From Gemmatimonadales bacterium (GTDB lineage Bacteria > Gemmatimonadota > Gemmatimonadetes > Gemmatimonadales > GWC2-71-9), in contig DAINRR010000010.1 in the NCBI GenBank assembly GCA_036741715.1, positions 136-64,135 on the forward strand: a DNA stretch of 64,000 nucleotides, in the 5' to 3' direction. Made by a program: the position numbers and the translations under genes. Shown one piece after another: positions 39,805 through 49,462 of this stretch. The notes below the pieces were generated by a model. That model was not told the origin of the DNA and searched no databases. It saw only the letters and a program-made list of their open reading frames with translations. Each line of letters opens with the position of its first letter. Positions within the stretch are counted from its first letter, which is position 1.

Positions 39805-41184
39805 ATGTCCGACACACTGATGATCAGCGTCTCCGGGATGCGCGGCCACGTGGGGACCGACCTCACGCCGGAGCTCGTCGCGCGCCATGCGGCGGCGCTC
39901 GGCGCGTGGGCGCGCTCGGCGGGACGGCCCCTGGTGGTGCTCGGACGGGATGCGCGCACGAGCGGGGCGATGTTCTCCCAGGCCGCCGCCGCCGGCCTCA
40001 TGAGCGTCGGCTGCGATGTCATCGACCTCGGGATCGTGCCCACCCCGACCGTCCAGCTCGCCGTGGAACATCACCTCGCCGGTGCAGGACTCATCCTGAC
40101 GGCGAGCCATAACCCGATCGAGTGGAACGCGCTCAAGTTCGTCGGCCCCGACGGGATCTTCCTCGATGCGGAGGCCGGGGCGGCGGTCCGCGAGCTGGCG
40201 TCGCACGGGCCGGCGCGCGCGCGGTGGGATGGGATCGGCGCACTCCGGCAGGATGCCGGGGCGCTGCAGCGCCACCTGGACCTCGTCCTCGCGCTCCCCG
40301 AGATCGATGTGGACGCCATCCGCCGGCGAAGGTTCCATGTCGCACTCGACTGCGTCCACGGCGCTGGCGGCGGCTCGATCCCGCCGCTCCTCGAGCGCCT
40401 CGGCTGCCGCATCACGGGCATCGGGCTCGAGATGGACGGGCGATTTCCCCGGGCGCCCGAGCCCGTTCCCGAGAACCTCGGTGACCTGGCTCGCAGTGTG
40501 CGCGAGAGCGGGGCGGATATTGGGATGGCGGTCGATCCGGACGTGGACCGCCTTGCGCTCGTGGATGAGAGCGGCCGGCCGATCGGCGAGGACTATACGC
40601 TCGCCCTTGCCGTACGCGCGGTGTTGGACGCGCACCGCGGTGCCGGCTCGCCAGCCACGGTCGTCGTGAATCTGTCCACGAGCCTCGTGGTCGAGGACGC
40701 CGCGCGCGACTTCGGCGCGCGGTTCGTCCGCGCGCCCGTCGGAGAGGCGAACGTCGCTCGCGCCATGCGGGAAGAAGGCGCGCTGGTGGGTGGGGAGGGA
40801 AACGGCGGCGTGATCTTTCCGGCGCTCCATATCGGCCGGGATGCGCCGCTGGGGGTGGCCTTGATCTTGCACTACCTCGCGAGATCGGGAGGAACGGTCT
40901 CGGACCTCGTCGCCGCCTCCCCGCGGTATGCGATCGTGAAGGCGAAAGGCCCTCGCGGGCCGGAGCTCCGCCCCGTGTACGACCGGCTCACAGCGCACTT
41001 TCGCGACGCAGTGACCGACGAGCAGGACGGGCTGAGACTCGCCTGGCCGGACCGATGGCTGCACGTCCGGCCATCCGGCACCGAGCCGATCGTCCGTATG
41101 ATTGCGGAGGCACCGACCGCCGCCGACGCCGAGGCACTCGTGGCGGCCGCGCGAGAACTACTGAGCCAGGGGATCCATTCATAG
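39805..41184 (+). CDS. glmM: Phosphoglucosamine mutase (alpha-D-phosphohexomutase)
   Basis: SVSGMRG, TASHNP, DPDVDR, GGEGNGG and RPSGTEP; abuts glmS. Confidence 0.85.
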   Translation: MSDTLMISVSGMRGHVGTDLTPELVARHAAALGAWARSAGRPLVVLGRDARTSGAMFSQAAAAGLMSVGCDVIDLGIVPTPTVQLAVEHHLAGAGLILTASHNPIEWNALKFVGPDGIFLDAEAGAAVRELASHGPARARWDGIGALRQDAGALQRHLDLVLALPEIDVDAIRRRRFHVALDCVHGAGGGSIPPLLERLGCRITGIGLEMDGRFPRAPEPVPENLGDLARSVRESGADIGMAVDPDVDRLALVDESGRPIGEDYTLALAVRAVLDAHRGAGSPATVVVNLSTSLVVEDAARDFGARFVRAPVGEANVARAMREEGALVGGEGNGGVIFPALHIGRDAPLGVALILHYLARSGGTVSDLVAASPRYAIVKAKGPRGPELRPVYDRLTAHFRDAVTDEQDGLRLAWPDRWLHVRPSGTEPIVRMIAEAPTAADAEALVAAARELLSQGIHS

Positions 41185-43011
41185 ATGTGTGGTATCGTCG
41201 GATATACGGGACCCAGGCAGGCCGCCTCGCTCCTCATCGAAGGACTTCGCCGGCTCGAGTACCGCGGATACGACTCCGCCGGGATCGCCGTCGTCAATGG
41301 CCGGGGCCTCGAGATCATGAAGGCCGCCGGGAAGCTGAGCGCGCTCGAGCAGCAGCTCGCCGGCAACCTGCCGCAGGGCACGGTCGGCATCGGGCATACC
41401 CGCTGGGCCACGCACGGGGCGCCGACCACGCCGAACGCCCATCCCCATACCGACCAGTCCGGGGACATCGCCGTCATCCATAACGGCATCATCGAGAACG
41501 CCGGCGCCATCCGGAAGATGCTCGAGGGGCGCGGCCATACCTTCACGTCCGAGACCGACACCGAAGTCCTGGCCCACCTCGTAGGCGAGCTCTACAACGG
41601 GAGTCTCGAGGAAGCCGTCGCTGCCGCGCTGCGGGACGTGGACGGCGCCTACGGCCTCGCCTTCATTTCCGAGCGCGAGCCGGGCGTCGTCGTCGCGGCG
41701 CGAAAGGGGTCGCCGCTGCTCGTCGGCGTCGGCGAAGACGAGTACTTCATCGCGTCGGACGCATCGCCGCTCCTCGAGCATACCCGCTCGGTCGTGTATC
41801 TCGACGACGGCGAGATGGCGATCCTGACGCCCGACGGGTACCGGATCCGGAACCTGGAAGCCACGCAGATCGACAAGCCGGTCAACCAGATCGAATGGGA
41901 CCTGGCCACGATCGAGCGCGGCGGCTACCAGCACTTCATGCTGAAGGAAATCTGCGAGCAGCGGGAGAGCGTCACCAACACGCTCCGCGGCCACCTCCTC
42001 GAGGAGGAGGGCACGGCCCGCGTCACCGGCCTCAACCTCTCCGACGAACAGCTCAAGCGGATCGAGCGGATCGTGATCACGGCCTGCGGCACCTCCTGGC
42101 ACGCCGGACTCATCGGCGAGTACATGCTGGAGGAGATGGCGCGGGTTCCGGTCGAGGTGGAATACGCCTCCGAGTTCCGTTACCGCAATCCCGTCGTGGA
42201 CGAGCGGACGCTCGTGATCGCGATCTCGCAGAGCGGCGAGACCGCGGACACGCTCGCCGCCGTGCGCGAAGCGAAGCTGCGGGGCGCGCGGACCATCGGC
42301 CTCGTGAACGTGGTGGGCTCGACGATCGCGCGCGAAGTGGACGGCGGCATCTACCTGCACGCGGGTCCCGAGGTCGGTGTCGCGAGCACGAAGGCGTTCA
42401 CCAGCCAGGTGGCGGCGCTCGCGCTCGTCTCGCTGCGCATCGCGCGGCTCCGGAACCTCAGCATCCTCCAGGGGCGGGACTTCATCCAGCACCTGCAGGC
42501 GCTCCCCGACAAGATCCAGGAGATCCTCGACCGCTCCGCCGAGATCGAGCAGCTCGCCGAGCGCTTCGTGCGCGCGTCGAATGCCCTCTACCTCGGCCGT
42601 GGCGTCAATTTCCCGGTGGCGCTCGAGGGTGCGCTCAAGCTGAAGGAGATCTCCTACATCCACGCCGAAGGGTATCCGGCGGCGGAGATGAAGCACGGCC
42701 CGATCGCGCTGATCGACGAGATGATGCCGGTGGTGTTCATCGCGCCGAAGGACGCGGTTTACCAGAAGATCCTCTCGAACATGGAAGAGGTGAAGGCGCG
42801 CGGCGGCAAGGTCATCGCGCTCGTCAACGAGTGCGACGCCCAGGTGGATCGCCTGGCCGATGCGTGCATCGAGATCCCGGAGACGCACGAGCTGCTCTCG
42901 CCGATCCTCACGATCATTCCGCTCCAGCTCTTCTCCTACTACGTGGCCGTGCGCCGCGGGTGCAACGTGGACCAGCCGCGCAACCTGGCCAAGTCGGTGA
43001 CGGTGGAGTAG
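41185..43011 (+). CDS. glmS: Glutamine--fructose-6-phosphate transaminase
   Basis: MCGIVG, LEYRGYDSAG, HTRWATHG, SQSGETADT, ALKLKEISY, EMKHGP and PRNLAKSVTVE. Confidence 0.99.
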   Translation: MCGIVGYTGPRQAASLLIEGLRRLEYRGYDSAGIAVVNGRGLEIMKAAGKLSALEQQLAGNLPQGTVGIGHTRWATHGAPTTPNAHPHTDQSGDIAVIHNGIIENAGAIRKMLEGRGHTFTSETDTEVLAHLVGELYNGSLEEAVAAALRDVDGAYGLAFISEREPGVVVAARKGSPLLVGVGEDEYFIASDASPLLEHTRSVVYLDDGEMAILTPDGYRIRNLEATQIDKPVNQIEWDLATIERGGYQHFMLKEICEQRESVTNTLRGHLLEEEGTARVTGLNLSDEQLKRIERIVITACGTSWHAGLIGEYMLEEMARVPVEVEYASEFRYRNPVVDERTLVIAISQSGETADTLAAVREAKLRGARTIGLVNVVGSTIAREVDGGIYLHAGPEVGVASTKAFTSQVAALALVSLRIARLRNLSILQGRDFIQHLQALPDKIQEILDRSAEIEQLAERFVRASNALYLGRGVNFPVALEGALKLKEISYIHAEGYPAAEMKHGPIALIDEMMPVVFIAPKDAVYQKILSNMEEVKARGGKVIALVNECDAQVDRLADACIEIPETHELLSPILTIIPLQLFSYYVAVRRGCNVDQPRNLAKSVTVE

Positions 43012-43041
43012 CCGGCGACCTGATAACGCCGCCCCACCAGC

Positions 43042-43068
43042 AACGCCCCCGGGAAACCGGGGGCGTTT
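43042..43068 (+). terminator. Probable intrinsic terminator after glmS
   Basis: AACGCCCCCGG-GAAA-CCGGGGGCGTT, an 11-bp stem with GNRA loop; short T tail. Confidence 0.65.
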
Positions 43069-43160
43069 GCGTGAAGTGATCTTCATGACGGCTTCGCGTT
43101 CCCGTGCATCGTCACGGCGCAGTTTGCCCCCGGGAGGGCTCCTCGAGCGGGAGGCGTCGC

Positions 43161-44579
43161 ATGGGATATCGCGGGTGGGCGCGCGGGGCGGGAGCCTTGC
43201 TCGCCGTGTGCATGGTGACGGGAGCGGCCGAGGCTCAGCGCGGGATCACCGCGGGCGCCTCGCTGCGCACCCGCGCCGAGGCATGGGACTGGTTCGACGC
43301 CGGACCAGAGGGGCGATACGCCTTCTCGGGCACGCTGCTGCGCGGCTCGGCGCTCTGGCGCGGCGGCGCCACCTCGGCGCGCATCGAGGTCGCGGCGCCG
43401 ATCCTCCTCGGCCTTCCCGACGATGCCAATGCTCCCGCGCCTGCCGGCGCCCTCGGCCTCGGCGCGAACTACTTCGCGGCCGGCTCCGGCGACCGTCACG
43501 CGGCGCACCTCTTCCCGAAGGAAATCTGGCTTCAGTTCGGGGGCGCCACCGGCCATCGCCTGCGCGTTGGCCGCATGGAGTTCGCGGACGGGGCCGAACT
43601 CGCTCCCGCATCGCCTGCGCTCGCGGCGCTCAAGGCCCAGCGCATCGCGCAACGGCTCATCGGGCCGTTCGGATGGTCCCACGTGGGTCGCAGCTTCGAT
43701 GGTCTGCTCTACGGGTGGGGGCGGGGCGGGTGGAGCGCGACCGTGCTTGCCGCGCGCCCGACCCGCGGGGCGTTCGACGTGAACGGCTGGGATCGCCTCG
43801 ACCTCGATCTCGGCTATGCGGCCCTTGCCGCCGCCGGAAAGCACGGCGATGCGCGCGTGTTCGCGCTCTTGTACGACGACGACCGCCGCCTGCCGAGAAG
43901 CGACAACCGCCCGGCGGCAGTGCGCCTCGCGGACAGCGCAGGCGCCGAGATCGTCATGGCCGGCGCGCACGTGCTCCGGGAGATTCCGACCGCCGCTGGC
44001 GCCATCGACCTGCTCGCATGGGGGGCGCTCCAGTTCGGCGACTGGGGGAACGACCCGCATCGCGCCGGCGCGCTCGCGCTCGAAGCAGGGATCCAGCCGA
44101 AGGGCGTGCCGCTCCGCCCCTGGCTTCGCGGCGGAGTCTTCCGCGCCACCGGCGATGACGACCCGGGCGATGCGCGGCACGAGACCTTCTTCCCGGCGCT
44201 GCCCACGCCACGCATCTATGCGCGCATGCCGTTCTTCACCACGATGAATGTCGAGGAGGCGTTCGGGAGCCTCGCGCTTCGCCCGGGGCAGCTGGCGGTG
44301 CGCGCCGACGTGCGGTGGCTGCGGCTCGCGCAGGCGGCGGACCTCTGGTATGCGGGTGGCGGGGCCTTCGAGGCGGAATCGTTCGGGTATGCCGGCCGGC
44401 CGGCCGCCGGCCGGGCGCTCGCGACACTGACCGACCTGAGCCTGGAGTGGCGGCCGCGTCCGGCCGTCGCGGTCACGCTCTACGTCGCGCGCGCGGGCGG
44501 GGGAGAGGTGATCGAGGCGATCCACGGAGACGGCGCCGCCGGGTTGTTCGGATACCTGGAGGTCGAGCTCCGGCGCTGA
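43161..44579 (+). CDS. Alginate-export-family outer-membrane porin
   Basis: Signal peptide ending AEAQ; LRTRAEAWDWF, GRMEFADG, ATGDDDPGD..HETFF and beta-barrel C-terminus FGYLEVELRR; family assigned from recalled motifs. Confidence 0.7.
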   Translation: MGYRGWARGAGALLAVCMVTGAAEAQRGITAGASLRTRAEAWDWFDAGPEGRYAFSGTLLRGSALWRGGATSARIEVAAPILLGLPDDANAPAPAGALGLGANYFAAGSGDRHAAHLFPKEIWLQFGGATGHRLRVGRMEFADGAELAPASPALAALKAQRIAQRLIGPFGWSHVGRSFDGLLYGWGRGGWSATVLAARPTRGAFDVNGWDRLDLDLGYAALAAAGKHGDARVFALLYDDDRRLPRSDNRPAAVRLADSAGAEIVMAGAHVLREIPTAAGAIDLLAWGALQFGDWGNDPHRAGALALEAGIQPKGVPLRPWLRGGVFRATGDDDPGDARHETFFPALPTPRIYARMPFFTTMNVEEAFGSLALRPGQLAVRADVRWLRLAQAADLWYAGGGAFEAESFGYAGRPAAGRALATLTDLSLEWRPRPAVAVTLYVARAGGGEVIEAIHGDGAAGLFGYLEVELRR

Positions 44580-44643
44580 GGGTGGACTCGGATGCCCGTC
44601 GCGGGCATGATGCAGGGCAGGGTGACATCGGCGCGGAGGGGGC

Positions 44644-45174
44644 ATGCGGGCTGGGCGGCTCATGATCATCGCGGCGGTGCTCGCCGGCATCACGCTCGGG
44701 CTCGGGGCGTACACCTTCGGGTATGCGAAGGGCGCGTCCTACCTGACCACCGATCCGGCGGCATGCGCGAACTGCCACATCATGGCGGAGCACTACGCCG
44801 CGTGGCAGCGCTCGAGCCACCGTGCCGTGGCCACCTGCAGCGACTGCCACATGCCGCACGACCTGATCGGGAAGTACGCCGCGAAAGGAGTCAACGGTTT
44901 CCTCCATTCGCTCGCCTTCACCACCGGCCGCTTTCCCGACCCGCTGCAGATCCGGGAGGCCAACCGCTCCATCACCGAAGGCACCTGCCGCCACTGCCAT
45001 GAGCCGATCGTCGCAGCCATCGAGGCGGGATCCACGGGCCGTGACGTCGTCGTGCCGCCGGGTACCTTGCGCGACCCGGACGGTCGCCGCCAGATCCACG
45101 ACGGGGTCGTCCGCAACGACGATCGCGCTTCCTGCATTCGCTGTCACGTGTATGTCGGCCATCAGGTCCGCTGA
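44644..45174 (+). CDS. nrfH: Cytochrome c nitrite reductase small subunit (tetraheme NapC/NrfH)
   Basis: N-terminal TM; SYLTTDPAACANCHIM, CSDCHMP, CRHCH and CIRCH; directly upstream of nrfA. Confidence 0.93.
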   Translation: MRAGRLMIIAAVLAGITLGLGAYTFGYAKGASYLTTDPAACANCHIMAEHYAAWQRSSHRAVATCSDCHMPHDLIGKYAAKGVNGFLHSLAFTTGRFPDPLQIREANRSITEGTCRHCHEPIVAAIEAGSTGRDVVVPPGTLRDPDGRRQIHDGVVRNDDRASCIRCHVYVGHQVR

Positions 45175-45202
45175 TGCGGGCCCCAACGTCCGGGAGACTT
45201 GA

Positions 45203-46654
45203 ATGACCGATCCGGCCCCCGCTCGCGCGAGCCGCAACCGCTGGCTGATCCCGATCGTGCTGGCCTCGGCACTCGGCGCGGTGGCGATCGCGGCACTGCT
45301 GACGAACATCTTCGCGCGGCAGCAGGAGGCGCGGAACCCGTTCTACCGCGTCGTCACGCTCACCGACACGACGAGCGACCCTGCGGAATGGGGGAAGAAC
45401 TTTCCGCAGCAGTACGACTCGTATCGCCGGACGGTGGACATGGTGTACACCCGCTACGGCGGCAGCGAGGCCACGCCACGGACGCCGACGGCCATCGATC
45501 CGCGCGCGGTCGTGTCGCAGTCGCGCCTCACGGAGGATCCCCGGCTGCGCGAAATGTGGGCGGGCTACGCCTTTGCCCAGGATTTCCGCGAGGAGCGCGG
45601 GCATGCCTACATGCTGGACGACCAGGTCTTCACCGAGCGCCAGCAGGTCGCGAAGCAGCCCGGGACATGCCTGCACTGCCACGCCAGCATGTACGTCCCC
45701 TACATGCGCGCTGGCAACGGCGACCTGATCAAGGGGTTCGAAGCGCTCAATCCGCTCCCGTACGCGGAGGCGCGCAAGCACGTCCAGCACCCGGTGGCGT
45801 GCATCGACTGTCACGATCCGGAATCGATGCAGCTGCGGGTGACACGGCCCGGATTCCTGGAGGGCATCCGCGCGCTCAAGGCATCGGAGGGGATCCGGGA
45901 TTACGACGTCAATTCCATGGCGACACGCCAGGAAATGCGGACGTTCGTCTGCGGACAATGCCACGTCGAGTACTACTTCAAGGGCGCGGAGAAGCGCCTC
46001 ACCTATCCCTGGAGCCGCGGGCTCAGGGTGGACAGCATGCTGGCCTATTACGAAGCGGACGGCCACGCCGACTGGACGCATGCGCGGAGCGGCGCGCGCG
46101 TGCTCAAGGCGCAGCACCCCGAATTCGAGATGTACAGCCAGGGGATCCACGCCCGCTCGGGCGTGGCCTGCGCCGACTGCCACATGCCGTACGAACGCAC
46201 CGGCGCCCTCAAGGTCAGCGACCATCACGTCCGGAGCCCGCTCCTCAACATCAACCGCGCCTGCCAGACCTGCCACAAGATGAGCGAGGACGAGCTGCGG
46301 CAGCGGGTCCACACCATCCAGGACCGCACGTTCGAGATGCGGAACATCGCGATCGACGCGTTGCTCGACCTGGTGCGCGGGATCGAGGCGGCGGGCGCCC
46401 GGGACAGCGCGAGCCCGGCGGTGGCGAAGGCACGCCGTTACCAGAAGGCCGCGCAGTTCTATGCCGATTTCGTCGAGGCGGAAAACTCGATGGGCTTCCA
46501 TGCCGATCAGGAGGCGGTCCGGATCCTCGGCAACTCGGTCAATTTCTCGCGGCTCGGCGCGGCCGCCCTGCGCGGCGAGCCGGTGCCCGACGCACCGCTG
46601 GAGGCGGCGGCAGCCTCCGCGCTTCGGCCGAAGCAGGCCGCCGCGGCGCGCTGA
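45203..46654 (+). CDS. nrfA: Ammonia-forming pentaheme nitrite reductase, CXXCH-type
   Basis: WGKNFPQQYDSY, MWAGYAF, EERGH; hemes CLHCH, CIDCH, CGQCHVEYYF, CADCHMP and CQTCH; KAQHPEFE; ENSMGFHA. Confidence 0.95.
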   Translation: MTDPAPARASRNRWLIPIVLASALGAVAIAALLTNIFARQQEARNPFYRVVTLTDTTSDPAEWGKNFPQQYDSYRRTVDMVYTRYGGSEATPRTPTAIDPRAVVSQSRLTEDPRLREMWAGYAFAQDFREERGHAYMLDDQVFTERQQVAKQPGTCLHCHASMYVPYMRAGNGDLIKGFEALNPLPYAEARKHVQHPVACIDCHDPESMQLRVTRPGFLEGIRALKASEGIRDYDVNSMATRQEMRTFVCGQCHVEYYFKGAEKRLTYPWSRGLRVDSMLAYYEADGHADWTHARSGARVLKAQHPEFEMYSQGIHARSGVACADCHMPYERTGALKVSDHHVRSPLLNINRACQTCHKMSEDELRQRVHTIQDRTFEMRNIAIDALLDLVRGIEAAGARDSASPAVAKARRYQKAAQFYADFVEAENSMGFHADQEAVRILGNSVNFSRLGAAALRGEPVPDAPLEAAAASALRPKQAAAAR

Positions 46655-46666
46655 CCATGCCGGCCA

Positions 46667-46710
46667 GCGCCATCCGGCCCGGCCCATGTTGTGGCCGCGC
46701 CGGATGGCGC
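46667..46710 (+). terminator. Stem-loop after nrfA (possible terminator or stabiliser)
   Basis: Perfect 12-bp IR GCGCCATCCGGC / GCCGGATGGCGC; no U-tract. Confidence 0.45.
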
Positions 46711-46765
46711 ATAGCTTGAGGTCGAGAAGCTCCCCGCTGCCGCCGGCCAGGTTCCCGGACCGTAT

Positions 46766-49453
46766 CTGACCTCGATCCAGACGCTCACGACCCCTTCGAC
46801 GCGCCCGCCGCACCTCGCCGGAGATGCCGCGCTGGAGTTTCTCGCGCGCGCGAGCGGCGCGCTCGGCGCTTCGCTCGATTACGAGACGACACTCGGGACC
46901 GTCGCGCGGCTGATGGTGCCGACGCTCGCCGACTGGTGTGCGGTGGACATCGCGGACGGGAGAGGCGGGCTGCGACGTCTCGCCGTCACGCATGTCGATC
47001 CCGCGCGCGAGTCGCACGCGCGGGCCATCGGAGAGCGGTATCCTCCGTCGCCCGATGACCGGTCCGGCGCACTGCAGGTATTCCGGACGGGCCAGCCGGA
47101 GCTCATCGAGCACATTTCCGACGACATGCTCGTCGCCGGCGCGCATGACGCCGAGCACCTTGCGCTCCTGCAGGCGCTGCAGCTGCGGTCGTACCTCGCC
47201 GTGCCGCTCACGGCACACGGGAGGACCCTCGGGGTGCTGACCCTCGCGACCGATGCAGAATCCGGCCGGCGCTACGGACCGGGAGATCTCGCGCTGGCGA
47301 TGGAGGTCGCCTCGCGGGCAGGGCTCGCGGTGGACCACGCGCTCGTGCACCAGGCGGAGCGCTCGGCGCGGGCGTCGGCGGAGCGGGCTGCGCTTCGGGC
47401 CACGCGGCTTCAGGCTGTGAGTCTCGCGCTCGGTACCGCGATCACGGAGGCCGAGGTCGGGGCGGTGGCACTCGATGCGATCGTCGCTGCCCTGGAGCCG
47501 TCGGGGGCAGCGCTCGTTCTGCGCGACGATGACGCCGACACGGTCTCGATCAGGCAGGCGCGCGGTTACCACGCCGAGATCGTCGAGCGCTACCGTACGA
47601 TCCCGCTCGCCGCGGATCTGCCGGTCTGCCTTGCGATCCGCACCGGGGAGGCGGTCTTCCTCGAGTCCCGGGCGGAGCGGAGCGCCGCGTATCCCGCGCT
47701 CGATCCCGAGCTCGCGCAGACGCGGTCCGGAACGCTGGCCTCGCTGCCCCTGGCCGTGCACGATCGGGTTCTGGGCGCACTGGCGCTGAGCTTCTCCGAT
47801 GAGCGCCGGCTGAGTGAGGGCGAGCGCTCGTTCATGCTCACGCTCGCCTCCCAGTGCGCCCAGGCGGTGGAGCGCGCCCGGCTCTTCGATGCCGAGCGCC
47901 ACGCGCGCGATGCGGCGGAGCGGTCGCTCGAGGCGCTGAGGGTGAGCGAGGAGCGGTTTCGCAGCATTTTCGAGTCGCGCATGCTCGGCATCGCCTTCTG
48001 GAACGGGGCGTGCGTCAGCGATGCGAACGACGCGTTCCTCGAGATGCTCGGCTATTCGCGCGCGGACATGCTGGCGGGCGAGGTGCGGGCTGGCCGCCTC
48101 TCGCCTCCCGAGTACCGGGGCGCGGACGAGCGGGCGACGCGGGAGTGCCTGGCCCATGGGAGCTGCACGCCGTACGAAAAGGAGTTCTTCCGGAAGGACG
48201 GCAGCCGCGTCCCGGCGCTGGTGGGCGGGACGGTCTTCGAGGCGGGTACCGGCGTCTTCTTCGTGCTCGACATGAGCGAGCATCGCCAGGCGCTCGAGCA
48301 GCTGCAGGCGGCACAGCGCATGGAGGCCGTCGGCCGGCTGGCCGGTGGCGTGGCGCACGAGATCAACAACGCGCTGCAGGGCGTGCTCGGCTTCAGCCGC
48401 TTCGCTCTCAAGGCGCTGCAGCCGGGTGACCCGGTGCGCGCCGACGTCGAGCAGATCGAACAGTCGGCCTATCGCGCGGCGGGGATCACGCAGCAGCTGC
48501 TCGCGTACGGCCGCCGGCAGCTGCTGCGCCCGGCGGCGCACGACCTGGCCGCCGTGCTGACCAGCTTCGAGCCGATGCTGCGGCAGGCGCTCGGGCCGGA
48601 GCGCCACCTCGAGATCGTCGCGCCGACCCGGCCCGCGAGGATCCTGGCCGACCGCGGCCAGGTCGAGCAGGTCCTCCTCAACCTCACGCTCAATGCCCGC
48701 GATGCGATGGCGCCGGGTGGACGGCTCCGGATCGATGTCGGCCGAACGGAGACGCCGCGCGGCGCGGATGGTCGTGCGGGACGGTACGTCGCCCTCACGG
48801 TGTCCGACGACGGGCACGGCATGGACAGCGCCACGCTGGCGCAGATCTTCGATCCATTCTTCACCACCAAGCCGCCGGGGGAGGGCACCGGCCTCGGGCT
48901 CGCCGTAGTGCAGGGGATCATCCGGCAGAGTGGCGGCCAGATCTTCGCGACGAGCGAGCCGGGGCGTGGCGCCACGTTCCGCGTCCTGCTCCCCGAGGCC
49001 GATGCAGGGCCTTCGACCGAGGCGTCCCCGATGGCGGCGCCGCTGCATCGGGGCACGGAGACGATCCTCCTGGTGGACGACGAGGACGCGGTCCGCGCCT
49101 ACATCAGCCGGCTCCTGGGCGAGCTCGGCTACCGGGTTCTCGAGACCGGCACACCGACGGACGCCCTTGCCGAGCTCGCCGCCGCCGCCGGCCGTGGCGA
49201 GCCGGTAGCACTCGTCGTTTCGGACATCATCATGCCGGCGGGTGGCGGCGAAGCGATCGGCCGAGGGGTGGAGGCGTGGCGGGCGCGGCACCCGGGCCCG
49301 CCAATTCCCGTCCTCTACATTTCCGGCCACAGCGACGAGCAGATAGCACACCGGACGCTCGAGGGACGCGCGGCGTTCATCCAGAAGCCGTTCGACGCGC
49401 CGCTCCTGGCGCGGACGGTGCGAGCGCTGCTGGACGCGCGCCAGGATCGGTGA
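46766..49453 (+). CDS. Hybrid sensor histidine kinase (GAF-GAF-PAS-HisKA-HATPase-REC); start uncertain
   Basis: LAGGVAHEINN, NLTLNARDAM, DDGHGM, FDPFFTTK, GTGLGL and REC SDIIMP. The frame is open from 46715 and LEFLARASGALGASLDYETTL lies upstream of the first ATG (46913). Confidence 0.85.
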   Translation: MTSIQTLTTPSTRPPHLAGDAALEFLARASGALGASLDYETTLGTVARLMVPTLADWCAVDIADGRGGLRRLAVTHVDPARESHARAIGERYPPSPDDRSGALQVFRTGQPELIEHISDDMLVAGAHDAEHLALLQALQLRSYLAVPLTAHGRTLGVLTLATDAESGRRYGPGDLALAMEVASRAGLAVDHALVHQAERSARASAERAALRATRLQAVSLALGTAITEAEVGAVALDAIVAALEPSGAALVLRDDDADTVSIRQARGYHAEIVERYRTIPLAADLPVCLAIRTGEAVFLESRAERSAAYPALDPELAQTRSGTLASLPLAVHDRVLGALALSFSDERRLSEGERSFMLTLASQCAQAVERARLFDAERHARDAAERSLEALRVSEERFRSIFESRMLGIAFWNGACVSDANDAFLEMLGYSRADMLAGEVRAGRLSPPEYRGADERATRECLAHGSCTPYEKEFFRKDGSRVPALVGGTVFEAGTGVFFVLDMSEHRQALEQLQAAQRMEAVGRLAGGVAHEINNALQGVLGFSRFALKALQPGDPVRADVEQIEQSAYRAAGITQQLLAYGRRQLLRPAAHDLAAVLTSFEPMLRQALGPERHLEIVAPTRPARILADRGQVEQVLLNLTLNARDAMAPGGRLRIDVGRTETPRGADGRAGRYVALTVSDDGHGMDSATLAQIFDPFFTTKPPGEGTGLGLAVVQGIIRQSGGQIFATSEPGRGATFRVLLPEADAGPSTEASPMAAPLHRGTETILLVDDEDAVRAYISRLLGELGYRVLETGTPTDALAELAAAAGRGEPVALVVSDIIMPAGGGEAIGRGVEAWRARHPGPPIPVLYISGHSDEQIAHRTLEGRAAFIQKPFDAPLLARTVRALLDARQDR

Positions 49454-49462
49454 GTCGCCATC

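Noticed and set aside
41100-41190. glmS ribozyme
   Set aside because: The glmM stop directly abuts the glmS ATG, leaving no leader.
43070-43090. FNR/CRP box upstream of the porin-nrf locus
   Set aside because: The dyad has TGA-N8-TCA spacing rather than TGA-N6-TCA; kept only as an unassigned palindrome.
43161-44579. Alginate biosynthesis or export locus
   Set aside because: No polymerase, epimerase or acetylation genes; the neighbours are nrfHA.
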